Positions 60,526 to 64,000 of a DNA stretch of 64,000 nt are shown one piece after another. The DNA comes from Ostreococcus lucimarinus (lineage: Eukaryota). A model generated the notes under the pieces. It saw only the letters and a list, made by a program, of their open reading frames with translations, made no database searches and was not told the DNA's origin. Every line of letters begins with the position of its first letter. The first letter of the stretch is position 1. The stretch lies in the NCBI GenBank assembly GCA_000092065.1, contig CP000592.1; one strand, 5' to 3'. Both the position numbers and the translations under genes were made by a program.

Positions 60526-61500
60526 ATGGGGCGCGACGCCCGAGGTCAAGCCGCGAAGACGGCGCCCGGGGAGCCGCGATCGGCGCGCGCGAGCGCGGAG
60601 AAGAAGAAGAACCCCGCGGCGAGCTTCATCGGCGGCGCGAGCGCTGGTTTAGTGTCCAGCGCGCTGTTGCAGCCGTTCGAGGTGGTGAAGACGAAGATGC
60701 AAGCCGAAAAGCTGCGAGGCGCGCGCGGGATGGTGAACGTCGCCGCGGACGTGGTCAAAACGAACGGGATGAAAGGGCTCTGGAGCGGCGTCAGCGCGTC
60801 GTGCGTGCGAACCACCGCGGGGGCTGGGTTGTACTTCTTCTTGCTCGAGCGCGTGACGAGGGAGCTCGCGGCGAGTTTTAACAAGGAGAAAGCGACGCCG
60901 TTCGAACGCTCTGCGATGACGTTCGGCGCTGGGTGCTCGGCGAGAATGGTCGCGGCGGTGCTGCTGAACCCTATAACCGTGGTGAAGACGCGGATGGAAT
61001 ACGCAGGGGCGAACGCGGGGGTGCGGCAAGGCATGGTGGCTACGTTTGCGAGCGTGGCGCGGAAAGAGGGCGCCGGGGGGTTGTTTTCGGGGCTCGGAAG
61101 CACGGTCGCTCGAGATGCGCCTTTCTCAGGGCTCAATTTGTTGCTCTTCACCCAGACTCGGCATTTGATGCACGAAGTCGCGCGCATGCAGAACCGCGAA
61201 GCCGGAGCGGCGGACACGTTCATCGCCGGCGCGCTCGCGGGGGCGGGGGCTACGTTTCTCACGCACCCTCCCGATGTCATTCGTACCCGAGTTCAGCTCG
61301 GGCGAATAATGACGCAACAAAGCGGTAGCAAAATGCCAGCCGTATCACTGGCGAAAATTCTCAGGGAAGAGGGTGTTCGCGCGCTGTGGGTCGGTTCGCT
61401 CCCTCGCGTAACGCGCAGAACGTTTCAGCAAGCCATCACGTGGAGCATGTTTGATTTCGTCTCTCGCGCTTTGGGGGGGACGGACATCTTTCAGCGTTAA
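60526..61500 (+). CDS. Mitochondrial carrier protein (SLC25 family) most similar to SLC25A38/Hem25 glycine carriers.
   Basis: Three Mitochondrial-carrier repeats with PFEVVKTKMQ, PITVVKTRME and PPDVIRTRVQ signatures, plus GLFSGLGSTVARDAPFSG. Confidence 0.8.
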   Translation: MGRDARGQAAKTAPGEPRSARASAEKKKNPAASFIGGASAGLVSSALLQPFEVVKTKMQAEKLRGARGMVNVAADVVKTNGMKGLWSGVSASCVRTTAGAGLYFFLLERVTRELAASFNKEKATPFERSAMTFGAGCSARMVAAVLLNPITVVKTRMEYAGANAGVRQGMVATFASVARKEGAGGLFSGLGSTVARDAPFSGLNLLLFTQTRHLMHEVARMQNREAGAADTFIAGALAGAGATFLTHPPDVIRTRVQLGRIMTQQSGSKMPAVSLAKILREEGVRALWVGSLPRVTRRTFQQAITWSMFDFVSRALGGTDIFQR

Positions 61501-61547
61501 TTTCTAGGAAAATCGGTATTATAATGTTAGTGGTAGACGATAGATAC

Positions 61548-62341
61548 TCAAATGTCGATGAACAAATTAGCCCTGACGACGGCGTCGAGCGGCATGCGCA
61601 GACGCCACTCGCGCGATTTTTTGTTCATCCCTTGTCCTTTCTTCGCTGGACGATTCGCCGGCACATCTGCGAGCTTCCATTCGACCTCCGTGTCCGATAT
61701 ATCGGTGACTTCCATCGTCTTCGTCACGTTTGAGGTCGACTCGGGGTTCTCGATCGCTTCCTTGTACGTCACGTCCATGACGAGGTCGCGAAATCGTTCC
61801 AGTTCCCGCGGCACGCGCAAACTCCTCATCGCCCCCGGACTCGCCAACTCCACGGCGACGTCTTCCGGAAATCCACGTTCATCTAGTATCGCGTTATGCG
61901 CGCGGACGATCGTCGTCAATTCATCCAACGTCGGTGATCCGTACTTGTCGTTCAACTTGTCCACGCTCGCCAACACGCGTCGCCGCGACGCGTTCACTTT
62001 AAATGAAAAAATATCATACTCTCCCGCGAACGCATCGCTCGCCAGCGCGTCCCTGAGCGCCTCGAGCGCCATCTCTCCGTAATCCGTCCCCCCCGCATCG
62101 ATCGCTTCGCCTCCCACCTCCAATTCCTCATCCGCCGCCACCTCCTCCTCGACGTCGAAGTCTTCGTCCAGCGCCTCCTCGTCGTCCTCGTCCTCGTCCT
62201 CGTCCGCCGCCGTCCTCCCTCGATTGTTCGACTTCGCCGCGAGCGTCCGCGCGCCCCACCCTCGCCTCGCGCCCTCGATCGCGCCCTCGATCCCGATCCC
62301 GCGCCCGCGCGCGCGCGCGCGCGTCGTCGCCGGCCGCCACA

Positions 62342-62372
<31 letters not shown>

Positions 62373-62462
62373 GCGCGCGCGCGTCGCGAGCCGTCGTCGC
62401 GCGACGACGTCGCCGCATCGCGCGCGCGTCATCACCGCGCGCGCCGTCGCCATCGCTCGCAT
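61548..62462 (-). CDS. RimP-like ribosome maturation factor with an organellar presequence. The start is approximate.
   Basis: …DIFSFKVNASRRRVLASVDKL…VELASPGAMRSLRVPRELERFRDLVMDV… resembles RimP (LEVSSPGldRPL…F.rF.G). The N-terminal part of ORF 61548..62606 is (GAC)n-encoded poly-Thr and overlaps the next gene. Confidence 0.45.
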
Positions 62463-62590
62463 CGTCGCGCGTCGCGACGTCGCGTCGTCGCGATGTCGCG
62501 ACCGAACGCGCCGAACGCGCGACGACGCGACGACGCCGCCGATCGCGACATCGCGACGCCGACGACGCCGACGACCCGAGCGCGACGGCG

Positions 62591-63277
62591 ATGAGCGACG
62601 CGCCACCGACGAGCGACGCCGGTGCGGGACGCGCGCGACGCGTCGGCCTCCTCGAGGCGCTCGCGGGGACGCTCGCGCGATGCGAGGAGCGATTGAACGA
62701 GGTGAACGATAAGTACACGTTCGAGCTGTGCCCGGAGTACAGGCTGAAGATGGGAAAGACGATCGGACGAGCGACGAGGGTGGGGATGACGTACGACGCC
62801 CACGCGCGAAGGTACAGGGTGGCGGTGAAACACGCGGTGAGGGGAGGTAAAGACGAAGACGAAGACGAAGACGAGGACGAGGACGAGGCGACGGCGCGAG
62901 CGAGGCCGATGTTTTGGAAGGCGATGAAGAAGATCGTGTTCGATCCGGAGGAGAAAAGAGTGGAAGTGTTCACGCAGCGATTGTCGTGCGGGCCGCTGTC
63001 GCTTCGAGGGGTCGGAGAGTACGACGTCGAACGAAGCGAGTGGGGACTGCGGTGGCAGCTGCAGACGTTTCACAAGGAAAAGAAACGATTGCGTTCGGCG
63101 GAAGTGAAGCTCACGGAGCGCGTGCGAGGGTGCATGCGTTGGGATGTGTCGAGCGCGGCGCCGGAAGTTGAGGGAAAGGTTGGATCGGGGGAGAAGTTCA
63201 CGTTTGACGTCGACGTGGGATCGTACCACGTCAGCGTTCCGCGTTTAGAGTTGAAGATTGATCTCGACCATATGTGA
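62591..63277 (+). CDS. Hypothetical protein, 228 aa.
   Basis: ORF with a complex C-terminal half (…FWKAMKKIVFDPEEKRVEVFTQRLSCGPLSLRGVGEYDVERSEWGLRWQLQTFHKEKKRL…). No family recognised. Confidence 0.4.
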   Translation: MSDAPPTSDAGAGRARRVGLLEALAGTLARCEERLNEVNDKYTFELCPEYRLKMGKTIGRATRVGMTYDAHARRYRVAVKHAVRGGKDEDEDEDEDEDEATARARPMFWKAMKKIVFDPEEKRVEVFTQRLSCGPLSLRGVGEYDVERSEWGLRWQLQTFHKEKKRLRSAEVKLTERVRGCMRWDVSSAAPEVEGKVGSGEKFTFDVDVGSYHVSVPRLELKIDLDHM

Positions 63278-63345
63278 TGCGTAAGCATAGGTTACAATTT
63301 TTCGCGGTTCGCGTGCGCGACTAAGGCTACGAGTTGCTTCAGAAC

Positions 63346-64000
63346 TCACCCGAAGAGAGTTTTGAAGGCGATGTTCGAACTCATGTCGTCGTACTTGTAC
63401 CCGCAGCCGTCTAAGCACTCCTCAAACACCTCGCGTTCTTCTTCAGCGACTTGCACGCCGAAAAGAACCTGACCGACGCGACCACCGTCGTTGCGGTAAT
63501 GCGTCATTGAGATCGACCACTTAGGACTGATGAACTCGAGGAAGTTTCCGAGCGCGCCCGCGCGTTCGGGAATTTCAACCTTGTACAACCTTTCGTTTTC
63601 AACTCTGCCTTGCCCACCAGTCATGTGGCGAAGGTGAAATTGCGTCGTCGCATCGTTAGACAAGTCGACCGTCTTGAAACCTAACGCTTCCATCCGCTGC
63701 ATCGTGTTCTGAACGTCCTTTAAATCGGAAACCTCGATCGAGTACAGCACGCGCGCGTCCGCCCCTTGCACGCGATATTTAAATTCTGAAATATTGATAT
63801 CCCCGACGGTCTCCACAAATCGCTTGAATTCGCCATTCTTCTCGGGAATGATACTCAAAAGTGTGGCTTCTTCCTTACCCCCTTGATCTGCGATCTCAGA
63901 AATCACGCGAAGACGATCAAAGTTCATGTTCGCCCCCGATGTCACGGCGATGACTTTACCGGTGACGCCGTGCGCTTGGCAATACGCCTTGGCGCCAGCC
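63346..64000 (-). CDS. Threonine dehydratase (IlvA-type), C-terminal ACT-like regulatory region. Partial: the N-terminal catalytic part lies beyond the window end.
   Basis: The reverse frame is open to position 64000 (…AGAKAYCQAHGVTGKVIAVTSGANMNFDRLRVISEIADQGGKEEATLLSIIPEKNGEFKRFV…GALGNFLEF…). This is the typical tandem regulatory domain after the PLP fold. Confidence 0.7.
   Translation of the reverse strand, partial: AGAKAYCQAHGVTGKVIAVTSGANMNFDRLRVISEIADQGGKEEATLLSIIPEKNGEFKRFVETVGDINISEFKYRVQGADARVLYSIEVSDLKDVQNTMQRMEALGFKTVDLSNDATTQFHLRHMTGGQGRVENERLYKVEIPERAGALGNFLEFISPKWSISMTHYRNDGGRVGQVLFGVQVAEEEREVFEECLDGCGYKYDDMSSNIAFKTLFG

Overview
This window is GC-rich (about 60-65% overall, with coding cores nearer 50%). 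It looks like compact, gene-dense eukaryotic nuclear DNA rather than prokaryotic or viral sequence. Several features point to a prasinophyte green alga, plausibly a Micromonas-like member of the Mamiellophyceae: an alpha-tubulin gene interrupted by a spliceosomal intron, a plant-lineage EDR1-domain Raf-like kinase, TGTAA motifs 15-160 nt downstream of stop codons, and very short intergenic spacers. This is inference only; nothing was searched.

I can support about 45 protein-coding genes on both strands, roughly one per 1.4 kb. Most are single-exon. Introns are short, with a GTGCGT donor, an ACTGAC branch 30-45 nt upstream of a YAG acceptor, and lengths of 58-274 nt. The six-frame ORF track breaks these genes up, so they were reconstructed by hand.

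Reconstructed multi-exon genes (the last four all rely on the same splice signals):
- a two-exon cytochrome bc1 subunit 8 (QCR8) gene that is absent from the ORF track;
- a three-exon ribosomal protein S25 gene;
- a six-exon GDP-L-fucose synthase gene;
- a two-exon COP9 signalosome subunit 4 gene;
- a two-exon 2OG-Fe(II) oxygenase gene;
- a two-exon alpha-tubulin gene;
- a two-exon XMAP215/MOR1 microtubule polymerase gene.

Intronless genes recognised by protein family:
- ribonucleotide reductase R2 (partial);
- serine carboxypeptidase;
- geranylgeranyl diphosphate synthase;
- GAR synthetase (PurD);
- a DGAT2-like acyltransferase;
- a Ulp1/SENP SUMO protease;
- a fused CofG/CofH FO synthase (FbiC type);
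- a TBC Rab-GAP;
- a TauD-like dioxygenase;
- a papain-family cysteine protease;
- LSm1;
- a large WD40 plus coiled-coil protein (CFAP43/44-like);
- an organellar release factor RF1;
- an F-box protein;
- uracil-DNA glycosylase;
- a Kelch plus EGF type I membrane protein;
- RNF113/Cwc24;
- a BolA-like protein;
- an alpha/beta hydrolase;
- a Ser/Thr kinase fused to a cyclic-nucleotide-binding domain and a response-regulator receiver domain;
- an SLC25A38-like mitochondrial carrier;
- a RimP-like protein;
- a threonine dehydratase (partial).

Other points:
- Many genes carry very GC-rich, Arg/Ala/Thr/Asp-rich N-terminal extensions built from CGACGA-type repeats, followed by lower-GC conserved cores.
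- Short tandem repeats sit repeatedly just upstream of start codons in bidirectional promoters: pentamers such as GATTC/CCGATT, GGTTC and CGCGG, and an 8-mer TCGAANNN.
- One well-formed C/D-box snoRNA candidate lies downstream of LSm1.
- No rRNA, tRNA, transposon or CRISPR features were found.
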